Shown: positions 50,125 through 62,870, counted from the stretch's first letter. The stretch is DNA of 64,000 nucleotides from Felis catus (GCF_018350175.1 NC_058373.1:103976001-104040000), one strand, 5' to 3'. Notes: generated by a model not told the origin, from the letters alone. Made by a program: numbers and translations.

Positions 50125-50350
50125 ACTTTTTAAAAATGTTTATTTTTGAGTGAGAGACAGAGACAGAGAGACAGAGAATGAGTAGGGGAGGGGCAGAGAG
50201 AGAGGGAGACACAGAATCCGAAGCAGGCTCCAGGCTCTGAGTTGTCAGCACAGAGCCCGATGTGGGGCTCGAACCTATAAACCATGAGATCATGACCTGA
50301 GCCAAGATCAAGAATCAGATGTTTAGCTGACTGGGCTACCGAGGTGACTC
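50125..50350 (-). mobile_element. Can-SINE
   Basis: antisense SINEC body. Confidence 0.9.
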
Positions 50351-50359
50351 TATATTATT

Positions 50360-50457
50360 TTATTTTTAAATGAATGCTATACCTAAGATAGGGCTAGAAC
50401 TCACAGCCCAGAGATCAAGAGTAGTATGCTTTACCAACTGAGCCAGCCAGGTGCCCC
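50360..50457 (-). mobile_element. short-form Can-SINE
   Basis: 'gagatcaagagtagtatgctttaccaactgagccagccaggtgcccc'. Confidence 0.85.
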
Positions 50458-50801
50458 ACCATTCTTCTATATTGTTGTGTGAAGTGTTCAAATTTTTTGC
50501 CCATTAAAAAAAATTCTTTTTTGGTTATATTGACTTGTAAGAGTTCTTTATGTATCCTGAATACAAGTTTTTTGTCAGATTAATCTATCTACCTATTGCA
50601 TTATTTTCTCCCTTTCTGTGGCTTGCTTTTTTATTTATTGTATTTTGCAGAACAAAAGTTTTTAATTTTGATAAAGTCTAATTGATCAATTCTCTGTTTT
50701 ATAGTTGTGTGCCTTTTTGTGGCTATCTGAGAAATATTTGCCTATTACAAGTTTGCAAAATTTTTTTCTCCTGCATATTGTTTTATAAGTCTTGTAGTTT
50801 A

Positions 50802-51037
50802 GGGGTGCCTGGGTGGCGCAGTCGGTTAAGCGTCCGACGTCAGCCAGGTCACGATCTCGCGGTCCGGGAGTTCGAGCCCCGTGTCAGGCTCTGGGCTGAT
50901 GGCTCAGAGCCTGGAGCCTGTTTCCGTTCTGTGTCTCCCTCTCTCTCTGCCCCTCCCCCGTTCATGCTCTGTCTCTCTCTGTCCCAAAAATAAATAAAAA
51001 ATGTTGAAAACAACAACAACAACAACAACAACAAAAA
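50802..51037 (+). mobile_element. young SINEC_Fc with an (AAC)n tail
   Basis: TSD ATAAGTCTTGTAGTTT. Confidence 0.95.
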
Positions 51038-52312
51038 TAAGTCTTGTAGTTTTACCCTTTAGGTCTGTGTTCCATTTTGGGTTAATCTTCGTGTATGTGT
51101 AAGATAAAAGTCTGTTTTCCCCCCCATACGTAGTGCCGATTGTTTCAGCGCCATGTGTTGAAAAAGACTTCCCCTGTCAAATTTTCTTGGCAACTTTGCT
51201 GAAACATTAACCGAACATACATGGGTCTATTTCTGACTCTCTATTCTGCAGATCTATATGTGTATACTTGCATTAATACCACACTGATGGTATTGATTTT
51301 TATAACTTTATCGTAAGTTGAAATCAGATACTAATATCATCCCATTTTGGTCTTTAAAAAAGTTGCTTAGGCTATTCCAAAACACTGGCTTTTTTTTTTT
51401 TTTTTTTTTATGCTTTAAAATCAGTTTGCCGATTTCTATAAGATTGCCTAGTGGGGTTTTGATTGGTATTATTTTTGGTCTATTAATCACTTTGGGGATA
51501 ATTGATGTCCCAAGAATACTAAGTCTTTCAATTCATGACCATGGTATATGTTTTCATTTATTTGGGATTTAAAATTTTTCCCTTAGTAATGTTCTGTAAT
51601 TTTTAATGCAGAGGTCTTTTTAGCACTGATGAGTTTATTTGTAAATAGTTTTTGGTTTTGGACACAATTGTAAATTGAATTGATTTTTAAAATTTAATTT
51701 TCCAATTGCTTGTGGCCAGTATATAAATATACAGTTGATTTTATTATATTAACAATTTATCTTACGATCTTACTAAATTTACTTATTAGTTCTCATAGTT
51801 GTGTTTTGGATTCCTTAGGATTTTCTATATAAATAGTCATGTTTTCAGCAAGTGAAAGTTTTCTTTTTTTCCTCTTCAATATTTATGACTTTTATTTATT
51901 TGTCTTGCCTTATTGCAATGGCTAATAAGGCCATTCCCTGTTCAATGTTGAATAGAAGTGGTGAGAACAAGCATCTCTGTAATGTTCCCAGTCTTAGGGG
52001 GAAAGCACTCAATTCCTCACCATTAAGTGTATTAGCTATAGGTTTTCCATGGATACCCTTTGTCAGATTGAAGAATTTCCCTTTTCTTATTTTCCTGAGT
52101 TTTTTTAAAACATAAATTGATGTTGAACCATGTCAAAAGCTTTTTATGAATCTATATAAATTATTATATGGGTTTTCTCCTTTATTGTATTAATAAGGTG
52201 ATTCTGCTTATAGTCTTGATTTTATATTTAAAAATACCTTGCAGTTAGTTCTGGGATAAAACCCCTCTTGGTCATAATGTAATAATTTTTAAATATATTG
52301 TTGGGGCATGTT

Positions 52313-52423
52313 GGGGCACATGGGTGGCTCATTGGTTGAGTGTCTGACTCTTGATTTCAGCTCAGGTCATGATCCCAGGGTCGTGGGATCAGCCCTGCAT
52401 GCTGAGTGTGGAGCCTGCTTAAG

Positions 52424-52469
<46 letters not shown>

Positions 52470-52515
52470 TCTGCCCCTCTCCCCCACTTGCACTCACTCA
52501 TTCTCTAAAAATTTT
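52313..52515 (+). mobile_element. older Can-SINE with (CT)n
   Basis: 'gactcttgatttcagctcaggtcatgatcccagggtcgtgggatc'. Confidence 0.88.
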
Positions 52516-52918
52516 AAATATATGAGTATTATTTACTAATACTTTGTTAAGAATATTTGCTTTATGTTTATGAAGGATGGTGATCCATTATTCCCTCCCC
52601 CCCTTTTTTTAGTAGTGTTCTTGTTATCTTTTGGTAGAAGGATATGATATCTGTATAGCAGTGTGCCTTACTAGCTCTACATATTTTTCATGAACCTGAC
52701 AAGTGCTTACATCTGTTCCAAAATACAAAAGATAAGTTCTGTTATAGGAACTATTCATTAGGTAAGAGGATGTGTCATTAAAGGTTCTGCTCAAATGTTG
52801 ACAGGCCTTTCCTAACCACTCTAAGGCAGTACCATCTGTCCATTAGTCTTAGTTTCTTGCCATATTTTATTTTTCTTCATAGCACTTATCACTACTCAAC
52901 CTACTATATATGTACTTG

Positions 52919-53139
52919 GTTTTTTTTTTTTTTCAACGTTTTTTATTTATTTTTGGGACAGAGAGAGACAGAGCATGAACGGGGGAGGGGCAGAGAGAGA
53001 GGGAGACACAGAATCGGAAACAGGCTCCAGGCTCTGAGCCATCAGCCCAGAGCCCGACGCGGGGCTCAAACTCACGGACCGCGAGATCGTGACCTGGCTG
53101 AAGTCGGACGCTTAACCGACTGCGCCACCCAGGCGCCCC
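52919..53139 (-). mobile_element. young SINEC_Fc
   Basis: TSD TATATGTACTTG. Confidence 0.95.
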
Positions 53140-53344
53140 TATATGTACTTGTTTATTTGTTTACAGTCTAATTTCTCCACTAGTATGTAAACTCCATGAG
53201 AAAAGGGTTCTCACCTTCTTTCCTCATCATGACTCTTCTTCCTTGTCTAGGATGAGTTCTGGTAGATTGCCTCAAACACCTAGAAGCTAGAGAAAGACCT
53301 CCAGAAAAATAAAGACTGACTTTCCAATTGAAATGAGACACAGA

Positions 53345-53845
53345 AGATTGTGCTCTGGAGTCAGACTGCTTAGACTTGAATCCTGGTTCCACCATTTACT
53401 AGCTGTACAAACTTAGGCAAATTACTGAGTCATTCTTGTTTCTTAGTCCAATTGAAAAGAAGATAGGGGGCCTGGGTGGCTCAGTCAGTTAAGCGTCTGT
53501 CTCTTGATTTCGGCTCACTTCATGATCTCATGGTTTATGAGTTTTAGCCCTACATAGGGCTCCTCGCAGACAGGGCAGAGCCTGCTTGGGATTCTCTCTC
53601 TCTGTCTCTCTGTCTCTCTCTCTCCCTTTTCCCCTCTCTCTCTGCCCCACCCTGCATGCACCCCATCTCTCTCTGTCAAAATAAATAAATAAATGAAAAA
53701 ATTCTTTAAAAAATAGCATTTATATAAAAAATAATAGAATAATAGCAGCACCTAGTTCATAGGGTTGTAGTAAGAATTAAGTAAACTGATACATGTGAAA
53801 CATTACAAAAAGGTCCTGACATGTTATAAATGACCTCTAAATGTT
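53345..53845 (+). mobile_element. MIR, interrupted by a SINE
   Basis: 'gctctggagtcagactgcttagacttgaatcctggttccaccatttactagctg...catagggttgtagtaagaattaag'. Confidence 0.75.
53466..53712 (+). mobile_element. Can-SINE
   Basis: full body. Confidence 0.9.
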
Positions 53846-53909
53846 TATAAAGTAAGTTGTATGCATACCCTCAGAATCAGATGTAATTATTATAATGCCA
53901 TGAATTTAA

Positions 53910-54003
53910 AAAAAAAATAAACTCTATGCCCAATGTGGGTTCAAACTCACAACCCCGAGATCAAGACTCTCATGCTCTACCGACTGAGCCAACCGGTGGC
54001 CCC
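53910..54003 (-). mobile_element. short-form Can-SINE
   Basis: 'gagatcaagactctcatgctctaccgactgagcc'. Confidence 0.82.
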
Positions 54004-55559
54004 TCCTGTGAATTCTTTTGTTGCACACATGGCCAATCTTACCTTCTTTGCTGTCAGTTTGATGATTCTCCCTATCAGTGCCTCAGCTCTAGAGCTGTAG
54101 TCCCTCCATTAACCCAGATAGCGGTTTGTACTATAATTTCATTTCTAATAGGATGCCCTATTTAAGCTGTGCCTGAGCGGCACAAGTAAGGTTACCGAAG
54201 CACACGTGTGCTGCTGTAATGAAATCTGAATGAGGTTCCTTTACAAATAAACTATTGGAAAATACCTGAATAACACCATAGAGGAATTTATACACAGAAT
54301 TACTCACAGTTAGATGGACAGTGGTCTTGTTTCAATACGAATTCTCCTTCTCTAGAGGGTGGATCTATAGCCACATACAACTGAGTCCCACCCCACTGTT
54401 TCTCCTGTTCTCATCTGCTTTGTCCTTTTCTTTCCTGACCTGCATTGTCCTCTGCTTAGTCCCTTGCTGTCCCAGGCAAGCGGTTAACATCTCTTGCCGG
54501 GGCACTGTCTGTAGTTGTCCAGAGGTCACAGGGCTTTACTGACTCCTGTGAATTGCTGGATGACCAGTTATGGTATAGAAGTTTGTTGCCCTAACATCAA
54601 AAAAAAAAAAAAAAAGTCCTCTGTTACTGCTGCTCTTTCTGCTTCCGCTGTTTTACCATATACATATACACATTCCACACGATGCTAGACTTCTTTCGCT
54701 TAGCTTATCAACTCCACCCAAGGCTGAACAGGAAACTGCTGAAGTCTATTTCAAATAGAGCTATTAATTAGAATACTCTCTTCCCTAGAAAGCTAAAACA
54801 GATCCTTATTGTGGTTTTTCCCTGTTCCACTTTGGAGTGACCCGCTTGGATACAACAAAAGAACTAGAATCAAAGATGTCATCCAGCAGTAAAATAGTAT
54901 CTACTTCTCTACTGACTTTTCTTAATAAAGATTTGTATTACATTAGTGGAATGCTCCCATCATATCACATGGGAATATAAGGTAGACCAGTTGGTTACAA
55001 CTAGGCTGAGGATGCTGCTATCACACTTCCCATTCTGGGAGGCTTAGATAGTTATTGGGCCATTGGTCTTCCTGACTTCTCTGAACATTGACCAACAACT
55101 TCTGGAAAACACCTGGTCACAAGATCATTCTTAAAGACCGATTTAGTTTGGTATATCTTAAATTCCTTCCAATACTCTAGATTTCTGCACTTTAGTGGAA
55201 GAATCCAAAGAAACTCTCCCACGATCTAGTTAGGGATTATACTCAATACCAGTGTATTTATCAATCATTTAAAACTCCCTAAAACTGAATAAACTCTGAA
55301 TCCCATGTGTAGGATATGCCTTAAAGGTCCCAGAGTGATTAATAATTGTAAATGATATGAAGCCTTATCTTTCATTTAACAGACTAACCATATTCATGAC
55401 ATACTTCTAGATGAACTGAAATGCTATCTCCTATGAAGACTCATAAACACAGAATCAAATGAGAAAAAAATAGACTTATCGTTCGCTAATTCTCAATCTT
55501 ACTGCCTTGTTTCTTTAAGTACTTATAGCAGACATATCTATCTTTGCCTCTTTGGGCAC

Positions 55560-55950
55560 GGTCTTTGCTTGGAGGGGCCATAAATTGCATGAGCCTACCT
55601 CATGGCCACAGCTAATGACTAGAGCTAGACATCTAACCAAGGAGAGCCAGTCAAATTTTTTATCTTATGAATTTGAATCAAGAGACGAAGAGTATCTGCC
55701 AGCACTGGAAGGCCATGTGTGGATGTGGGGGTGGTGGCCATGTTTTGTGACACGTGAGATGAATAGAGGCCAAAGATCCTGCAGCCCCAGAAACACAGCA
55801 TGGACGTCATTCCTGAGGACCTACCAGGAGCCAAAATGCCAACTCAGCTTTAAATCCTATCCTTGGATTCTGCAAGAATCAGATCTTTACAATAAACTGC
55901 TCTTTATTTGTACTAGTTTAAGTCTGTCACCCGCAAACAAAAGTGCCTTG
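55560..55950 (+). mobile_element. ERVL-type LTR remnant (LTR16/LTR33-like)
   Basis: 'catggccacagctaatgact...caataaactgctctttatt...tctgtcacccgcaaacaaaagtgcc'. Confidence 0.5.
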
Positions 55951-56384
55951 GGAACGGCATATCTTTCTGTGCTGGAGAACAGGCTGGGTATCTTCATTTG
56001 ACTCTATTGGTATCCCAGCAGAACGCAGTGTTTGACACAGTAAGGACTCAGCAGCTTGGTTGAACTTTATGACCGTGACTAACCATTTTTCACTTTCAAA
56101 CCTTTTAAATATGTTCTACCATACAACTTAACTCATCCTTAGAAGACCACTGTTGTGTCTAGTTTCTTTAATAACAGAAAAGCAAAGTTCAAAAAGCCCA
56201 CCTGTCTTATAAGCAAGAAGAACTATTGAGAAGGTACACAGTGTGATTTAGAGGCAACCGGAAGCCCTCATATTTACTCTTCCCCCCCTTTTTTTTATTT
56301 TGTGGGTCTCTGAAACACTATTAGAATCACTCCTGAAGTTGTTCTCTTCTTCCAAGTTGTTAACTAAAATACAAATATCTTGGC

Positions 56385-56575
56385 CAATATTTCCCAAAAT
56401 GTGTTTTGCCGAACTCCAATCTCTCAAGATCCTCCCTGAAAAAAAATAAGAGAGGGAGACAAATAAGTAAGAGAGCCACAGTCTACTACCTTCTCATGTT
56501 GGAGACTCACGGGCACTACAGCATACTAAAGGCTCTGAGAACTCCTGCAGTGAAGAAACCTACTTAGGTTGGGTT
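56385..56575. mobile_element. hAT-Charlie-type DNA transposon remnant
   Basis: 'caatatttcccaaaatgtg...aaaggctctgagaactcctgcagtgaagaaacc'. Confidence 0.45.
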
Positions 56576-56625
56576 TGGTGGAGGTGAGAATGGCTGACTC
56601 ATTAAGGAAACTGCCTGGGGGGCAG

Positions 56626-56827
56626 GGGAGCAACTGGGTGGCTCAGTCAGTTAAGTGCCCGACTTGAGTTCAGGTCATGATCTTGTGGTCTGAGAGTTCT
56701 AGCCTGGCATCGGTCTCTCTGCTGTGAGCGAGGTGCCTGCTTCAGATCCTCTGTCCCCCTGTCTCTCTGCCCTTCCCTTGTTGCACTCTCTCTCTCTCTC
56801 AAAAATAAGTAAACATTAAAAAAAAAT
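56626..56827 (+). mobile_element. Can-SINE
   Basis: full body; degenerate TSD AGGAAACTGYCYGGGG. Confidence 0.9.
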
Positions 56828-57006
56828 AAACAGGAAACTGTCCGGGGAAGAGGAATGACTCTCTGTCACCCACCGGTTGTGTAACTTAGACAAAATGAGG
56901 ATTACAAGAGCCCCTAACTCATAGGTTTAGTGGGAGAATTAAATGAAGTAATGAATATAAAGCACCTAGCACCTCAGCAACACAGAAGCAGTCCACAAAG
57001 ATTGTG

Positions 57007-57116
57007 TTTTTTTAAAGATTTTATTTTAGGCAGTCTCTATATCCGACACGGGGCTCAAACTTACAGCCCTAAAATCAAGAGTTGCATGCTCTACTGGCTG
57101 AGTCAGCCAGGCACCC
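57007..57116 (-). mobile_element. short-form Can-SINE
   Basis: 'tttaaagattttatttt...atcaagagttgcatgctctactggctgagtcagccaggcaccc'. Confidence 0.85.
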
Positions 57117-57751
57117 TGATAAAAACTGTTTTTATTCTTATGTAGCTTTTTCTAAACTCACTGAACCGTGCTTTTAAACACAAGTCATTTACTAACCTCT
57201 CAGAATATCTACTGTGGAGGAAATTAGGAGGAAGAAAAGCTGTTTGAGAGGCAGGAAGCAAGAGGCACTGAAAGGAGAAAGAGAAATAAACAAAAGGTAA
57301 CTTTGCTTCTTCTATAATTCTGTAATTTAGCGACGAGACATTCAGGTCCAGCCTCTTCTCCAATCCTAGTACAGTGCCAGGTTTAGAGCAGGCATTTAAC
57401 AAAAAAGCTAGCCATTTAATTAAAAATGCAAATGGCAAATTCATTTGAACTCTTCTGCCCCCTACCTTATATTTTAACTCATTTCAGAGCAAGAGAAAAA
57501 TCCTAATCTATTAAAAGTCCCTGGAAATATTGATCATCTGGACATTCCAAAGCAGGCCTCGAGTTAGTTTTCAGGGCTACAAAAATACTTCTGGGGCTGC
57601 AGGGCCGGCTAAGCCAAGGCAAACGCATCTCCGCACCCGCCCACTTTCTTTAGGCTCTGAATTTAGGGTCAAATTCTAACGCCAGGACGAAAGCAAAATA
57701 AAACAGCAACACCCCTGCTAGTTAGAAAACAGGGTGAACAAGCAGAGGCTT

Positions 57752-57974
57752 GGGGCGCCTGGGTGGCGCAGTCGGTTAAGCGTCCGACTTCAGCCAGGTC
57801 ACGATCTCGCGGTCCCTGAGTTCGAGCCTCGCGTCAGGCTCTGGGCTGATGGCTCAGAGCCTGGAGCCTGTTTCCGATTCTGTGTCTCCCTCTCTCTCTG
57901 CCCCTCCCCGTTCATGCTCTGTCTCTCTCTGTCCCCCCAAAAAATAAATAAACGTTGAAAAAAAAAAAAAAAAA
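57752..57974 (+). mobile_element. young SINEC_Fc
   Basis: TSD GAACAAGCAGAGGCT. Confidence 0.95.
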
Positions 57975-58377
57975 GAACAAGCAGAGGCTCAAGTGCAATT
58001 TTAACTGCTTTTCTGCCGGGGCTGTACGCTGGGATGTGGCCGGCACCACCTCGGCCTGCAGAGGAAATAGCAGCTTGCATTCAAAAGGAAAACGATAATT
58101 GCTCAGTGGAGAAGAACAACATAAAAGGCCCTTCATAGTATTGTTTCAGAAACACCCAGATGAAGAACGTATACTTGGGAGTAAACAAACCCAGCTCTGG
58201 CTGAAGTTTGATGAGTATCTCGAAGTCTCAAACCCGTCCCCAAGTACTCATGTCTGGTTACATCTGTCAGTGCTTTTGTGGCCAGCCCTTCTTGGCTTTT
58301 CATAAGATAGATAGGTGGAGACTAAGACAGACAGATGCATACAGAAGCATCTTACAAGGGCCTTTCAAATATATTAA

Positions 58378-58582
58378 TTTTTTTAAACGTGTATTCATTT
58401 TTGAGAGACAGAGTGTGAGTGGGGGAGGGTCCGGGACAGAGAGGGAGACACCGAATCCGAAGAAGGTTCCAGGCTCTGAGCTGGCAGCACAGAACCCGAC
58501 ATGGGGCTCAAACTCACAAACCAGGAGATCATGACCTGAGCTGAAGTCGGATGCTTAACCGACCGAGCCACCCAGGCGCCCC
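58378..58582 (-). mobile_element. Can-SINE
   Basis: TSD TCAAATATAT(T/G)AAT. Confidence 0.92.
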
Positions 58583-58904
58583 TCAAATATATGAATCTTT
58601 AAAAACTCCCTCATGTGTGCTATGTCCCGCATCCCTGGCAGCTCCGGGAAGACAGACCGACATTGAGGATTTGAGAATGAATGGCAAGAAGAAGGACTAC
58701 AGAGCCAAAGGCAGTTTGCCTAGTTTTCAGAATGAGAGAGACCCGGAATCTCAACTCTAGACTCCCACATAGTAACAGCTGAAATGCGCTCCACCTCCCC
58801 AGTCTAAATCTACTGAAGGTAACAATATGTAAGTTTCCAGGTGTTGTAAGGATGAAATGAGATAGTATATGCAAAATATCCAGCATAGGGCAGGGCACAG
58901 AGCC

Positions 58905-59135
58905 ATAATAGCTAGCATTTTAGTGAGCCCTGTGTGCCAGGAACTGTGCTAAATGCTTTAAATGCATTATTTCACCTAATCCTCAAAATAACCGTTTACA
59001 AGTACTTGCATATATTATCTCCTCTTTGTAAGTAAGGAATCCCAGCTTTCGAGTCACTAGGTAATTGGCCACAGGAATCCGTCTAGCCAGGTTTTGAGTC
59101 TATGTCGGACTGACTCCAGAGACTTCACTCTTGGC
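58905..59135 (-). mobile_element. MIR
   Basis: 'taatagctagcattttagtgagccctgtgtgccaggaactgtgctaaatgcttt...ctgactccagag'. Confidence 0.75.
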
Positions 59136-59315
59136 TCCCACATACAATGGAGTCAGGACGGTAGTTACTTAGTTTACTGAGAACCACTGTGTGCCTGGAG
59201 CTTCACAAGTTTAACAAATAACTCCTTTAATATTTGTTATAGCACACAGCCAATTTTGCCTTCCATTTTACAGATGGGGACATTAAGGCATCAAGAGATC
59301 AAATATGACCCTCAG

Positions 59316-59535
59316 GGGGCGCCTGGGTGGCTCAGTCGGTTAAGCGCCGACTTTGGCTCAGGTCATGATCCCGCGGTCTGTGAGTTCGAGCCCTGCGTCG
59401 GGCTCTGTGCTGACAGCTCAGAGCCTGGAGCCTGTTTCAGATTCTGTGTCTCCCTCTCTCTGACCCTCCCCCGTTCATGCTCTGACTCTCTCTGTCTCAA
59501 AAATAAATAAACGTTAAAAAAAAATTAAAAAAAAA
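59316..59535 (+). mobile_element. Can-SINE
   Basis: TSD AAATATGACCCTCAG. Confidence 0.95.
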
Positions 59536-59545
59536 ATATGACCCT

Positions 59546-59708
59546 CAGGTTGGGCTGGCCACATAGGTCTTCAACCCTGTGCTTAGAAGGACTCAGTGCT
59601 TGTTTAGTGCCCTGCTGTTGCCATCTTGAAATTCTTAAGCATCTTTGAAGAAGGGACTACATATATATATATTTGTATTGGGTCCCACAGATTAAGCAGC
59701 CAATCCTG
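59546..59708 (+). mobile_element. MER45A-like hAT-Tip100 element
   Basis: 'tgctgttgccatcttgaaattcttaagcatctttgaagaaggg...gggtcccacagattaagcagccaatcctg'. Confidence 0.65.
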
Positions 59709-60274
59709 CCTTCCAACCTTTTCCCACCACACTGCACTTCCATGGGCAGAGTGAGGGGGTCACTTTATTCTCTGAAGGCAATACTAGAAGCCTTGTGCCT
59801 TGACGATCCTAGAAACAGATGCCCACAAAATTAATGTTGGCAAGCGCTGCCTAATTAAGGACAGAGCCATCTCAGAAAATGAATGGAATGGTGCTGGAGT
59901 TGGAGTTGGAAATAAAAAACACCCTGCCTTCTTGTAACTACTCTTTAAAAGGAAAGGAAACCCGGGTCCGTGCTTTCAAAGTGTTCGTGGCAACAGTGCC
60001 GTATATTTGCTATCAGAGAAGAGGTGCTCTGATCTGTACCACAGCTGGACGCCACCACCCTGCCCAATGAACGCTAGAGAAAGAATGCCAAACACATAAG
60101 AAGACAAATGTTTACCATGGCATTGTGGCCAAGCTGCCGGCTTAATTTAACACATAGTATACGGTAAGAACTTGCAATTGGGTTAGTTTAATATAGGTAG
60201 GGAATGAGCACTTAATCACTATCAAACCTTGGCATAAAACACCAAGAATACCTCCAAACAGTTGTCAGAGTACG

Positions 60275-60600
60275 GCCCATCTGTCTTTATCTCTTGATTC
60301 TTCTTAGTTACCCTTCTATTCTCTTACTACAGGCGGGCTGTGTTCAAATGGTAGGAAGCACAGCGGTTGCCCACAAGGCTCACATCCTTGCAGCATCCAA
60401 CCAACATGGAAAAGAGACCATCACTTCCCCAGCCTCTTTGTATCAAGTCACATGGAGAGGTTCTGACTGGCCCTACCTGGGACAAAGCTTATGCATTAGA
60501 CCAATCAATGTGAACAGGGGGATTAGGGATGCTGTGATTGGTCAGTTCTGGGTCATGTACCCCCCTATATGAAGCCACGTGGACATTCTGATTGGCAGAT
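60275..60600 (-). mobile_element. ERVL/MaLR LTR remnant
   Basis: 'tctgactggccctacctggg...accaatcaatgtg...tgtgattggtcagttctgggtcatgtaccc'. Confidence 0.55.
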
Positions 60601-60969
60601 AAGATTGCTCCATTTATTTATTATTCTTCGCTTATCTGCAATTCAAATTTATCTAGGGATTCTGTATTTTAGCTGATAACTCTACCTCCAGAACCAAGGG
60701 AAAGAGCAAGAGCAGTTCCCAATAGAAAGAAGGATTGTGGACCAACAAGAACGACACTCGACGAAGACAGCATTCAGCTCAGTCCTATTGGTTTCACACC
60801 TGGTTTGGAAAGGCTAGGTCTCTCTCAGTCCCAAATTCCAGGAGAAAATGCTGAGTTCCAGTTACAGCCCCATTTTCAGGGTCACACCCTGACTTGTGAG
60901 GTAACATACTACTTGAGGCTCAAAACTGATTATGTTTGACCCACTGACTTCTGTGTTCAAAGGTCTTCA

Positions 60970-61169
60970 GGGGCGCCTGGATGGCTCAGCTGATTAAGTG
61001 TCTGACTTTTGGTTTTGGCTCAGGTCATGATCTCACCAGGCATGATGAGCTGGAGCCTAACTTGAGGCTCTGCGCTGACAGTGCAGAGCCTGCTTGGGAT
61101 GCTTTCTCTGTGTGTCTCTCGCTCTCTGCCCCTCCCCCACTCTCTCTAAATAAATAAACTAACAAAAAA
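60970..61169 (+). mobile_element. Can-SINE
   Basis: full body. Confidence 0.9.
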
Positions 61170-61802
61170 GCTATTGAAATTCTACTCAAAATTTAAATTC
61201 GTTTCTTTAGTGGAATGATTAGCAATGAATCCGGCTTGATCACAGTACTTCTGTCATTTATATATTTGGGTTTGTTACATTGAAAGTATGAATTTTTTTT
61301 CTTACAAACCAGGATATACTTTTAAAAAAACGGTTGAACAGAAAAAAAATTTTTTTTTTCTTTTGCCAAAGGCCTCTACAGTCTAATCCTGTTGCAGAAT
61401 TAATCTATTTAATTGAAAAATATTTAAGGGAACTCTAGCCAATGGCTCAGATATTGCAAACAATATCAAATGGAATTAAATTATTGTACAAAAGGAAAAT
61501 TTGGATGGCCCCCTGTAATATGTTGAAATGTAATTTATTCTTGAAAACCAGGCTCAAGCATTTTGACCTGAAGGTGTATTTAAAAATGAAGATAAAAAAA
61601 TTTCCCTTTCTTCCTCTCTCATCTTCTGACAGTCCTTTTGCCCTCCCTTGGATTCTAATCCTCATGTAAAACATGATAATAATGTAGGAAAAAAAAAAAA
61701 CCTAGAACAGCACTGTCCAGTTAAAATAAAAGAGAGCCAAATACGTAATTTAAAATTTTCTAGTAGCCACGTTAAAAAAGTAAAAAGGAAAGATGAAAGC
61801 AA

Positions 61803-62041
61803 TTTTTTTTTATTTTTTTTATATAAATTTTTTTTTCAACGTTTATTTATTTTTGGGACAGAGAGAGACAGAGCATGAACGGGGGAGGGGCAGAGAGAGA
61901 GAGGGAGACACAGAATCGGAAACAGGCTCCAGGCTCCGAGCCATCAGCCCAGAGCCCGACGCGGGGCTCGAACTCACGGACCGCGAGATCGTGACCTGGC
62001 TGAAGTCGGACGCTTAACCGACTGCGCCACCCAGGCGCCCC
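61803..62041 (-). mobile_element. young SINEC_Fc
   Basis: TSD AAGATGAAAGCAATTTT. Confidence 0.95.
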
Positions 62042-62193
62042 AAGATGAAAGCAATTTTAACAGTATATTTTATTTGACCTAATATATTCAAAATGTTATC
62101 ATTTTAACATGTTATCATTATAAAAATTATTGAGGACATAGTTTATATTCTTTTTACATTTATAGTACATCTAAACTTGGACACTAATTTATC

Positions 62194-62400
62194 TTTTTTT
62201 TCAACGTTTATTTATTTTGGGGACAGAGACAGAGCATGAACGGGGGAGGGGCAGAGAGAGAGGGAGACACAGAATCGGAAACAGGCTCCAGGCTCTGAGC
62301 CATCAGCCCAGAGCCTGACGCGGGGCTCGAACTCACGGATCGCGAGATCGTGACCTGGCTGAAGTCGGACGCTTAACCGACTGCGCCACCCAGGCACCCC
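62194..62400 (-). mobile_element. young SINEC_Fc
   Basis: TSD ACTTGGACACTAATTTA. Confidence 0.95.
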
Positions 62401-62729
62401 AGACTTGGACACTAATTTAATTGGAAATATTTGATCTGTATTTCGCTTTCACAAAATTTATATTTGATTTATATATTTTTATATGTTATAAATTATATTT
62501 TTATGATTTTTTTATATACCCAATTTGTTCCAAAAATAGTTAATCATTGTCTAATAACTGAATTGAGTTTCATTTCAGATGTGTCAGCCATGGTCCACCT
62601 AGGAGACAAACCACATCGGTATTTGAACGCGGAGAAATTCATCCAAAGAATTGTTGGCTATACAAAATTATCAATTTGGTAACTAAACAGGCTAAAAAAG
62701 AGAGTTGAGAGAACTGTATGCTCTCACCG

Positions 62730-62870
62730 ACATAGCAACCGCAGGAAGCAGTGACCACGGCTAGGGCTGCGGAAATAAAAGGAAAGGACTGGAATTAATA
62801 AAACTCAGGAACTTAAAAGTGGGGCCCCAGGAGATAAAACTCAGCCCTTAGAGAAAGAAGCACTGCTTGC
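62730..62870. mobile_element. old LTR fragment (LTR78-like)
   Basis: 'gaccacggctagggctgcggaaataaaaggaaaggactggaattaataaaactcaggaac...ggggccccagg' resembles the recalled consensus. Confidence 0.35.

Larger units (their letters stand above)
49405..52640 (-). mobile_element. long old L1M fragment (3' UTR to ORF2 remnants), interrupted by SINEs
   Basis: 'catttaaagtgtacaaatcagtgagttt', 'acatttgggttgtttccagtttttggcc', 'caatgttgaatagaagtggtgagaacaagcatc', 'tagctataggttttccatggatacccttt'. Confidence 0.85.
61705..62590. mobile_element. MER33/Charlie-type hAT fossil, interrupted by two SINEs
   Basis: 'gtaatttaaaattttctagtagccacgttaaaaaagtaaaaagg...atattttatttgacctaatatattcaaaatgttatcattttaacatg'. Confidence 0.7.

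Noticed and set aside
54199..54212. 14-bp perfect palindrome AGCACACGTGTGCT with an E-box
   Set aside because: About four such palindromes are expected by chance in 64 kb (64000/4^7)
55552..56001. 149-aa ORF
   Set aside because: It lies within an ERVL-type LTR remnant, has a non-ATG start and shows no protein similarity I recognise
3142..62412. Recurrent ORFs such as 'GQRETEHERGRGRERGRHRIGNRLQALSHQPRARRG' and 'GAPGWRSRLSVRLQPGHDLAVREFEPRVRLWADGSEPG'
   Set aside because: These are translations of SINEC copies, not a gene family
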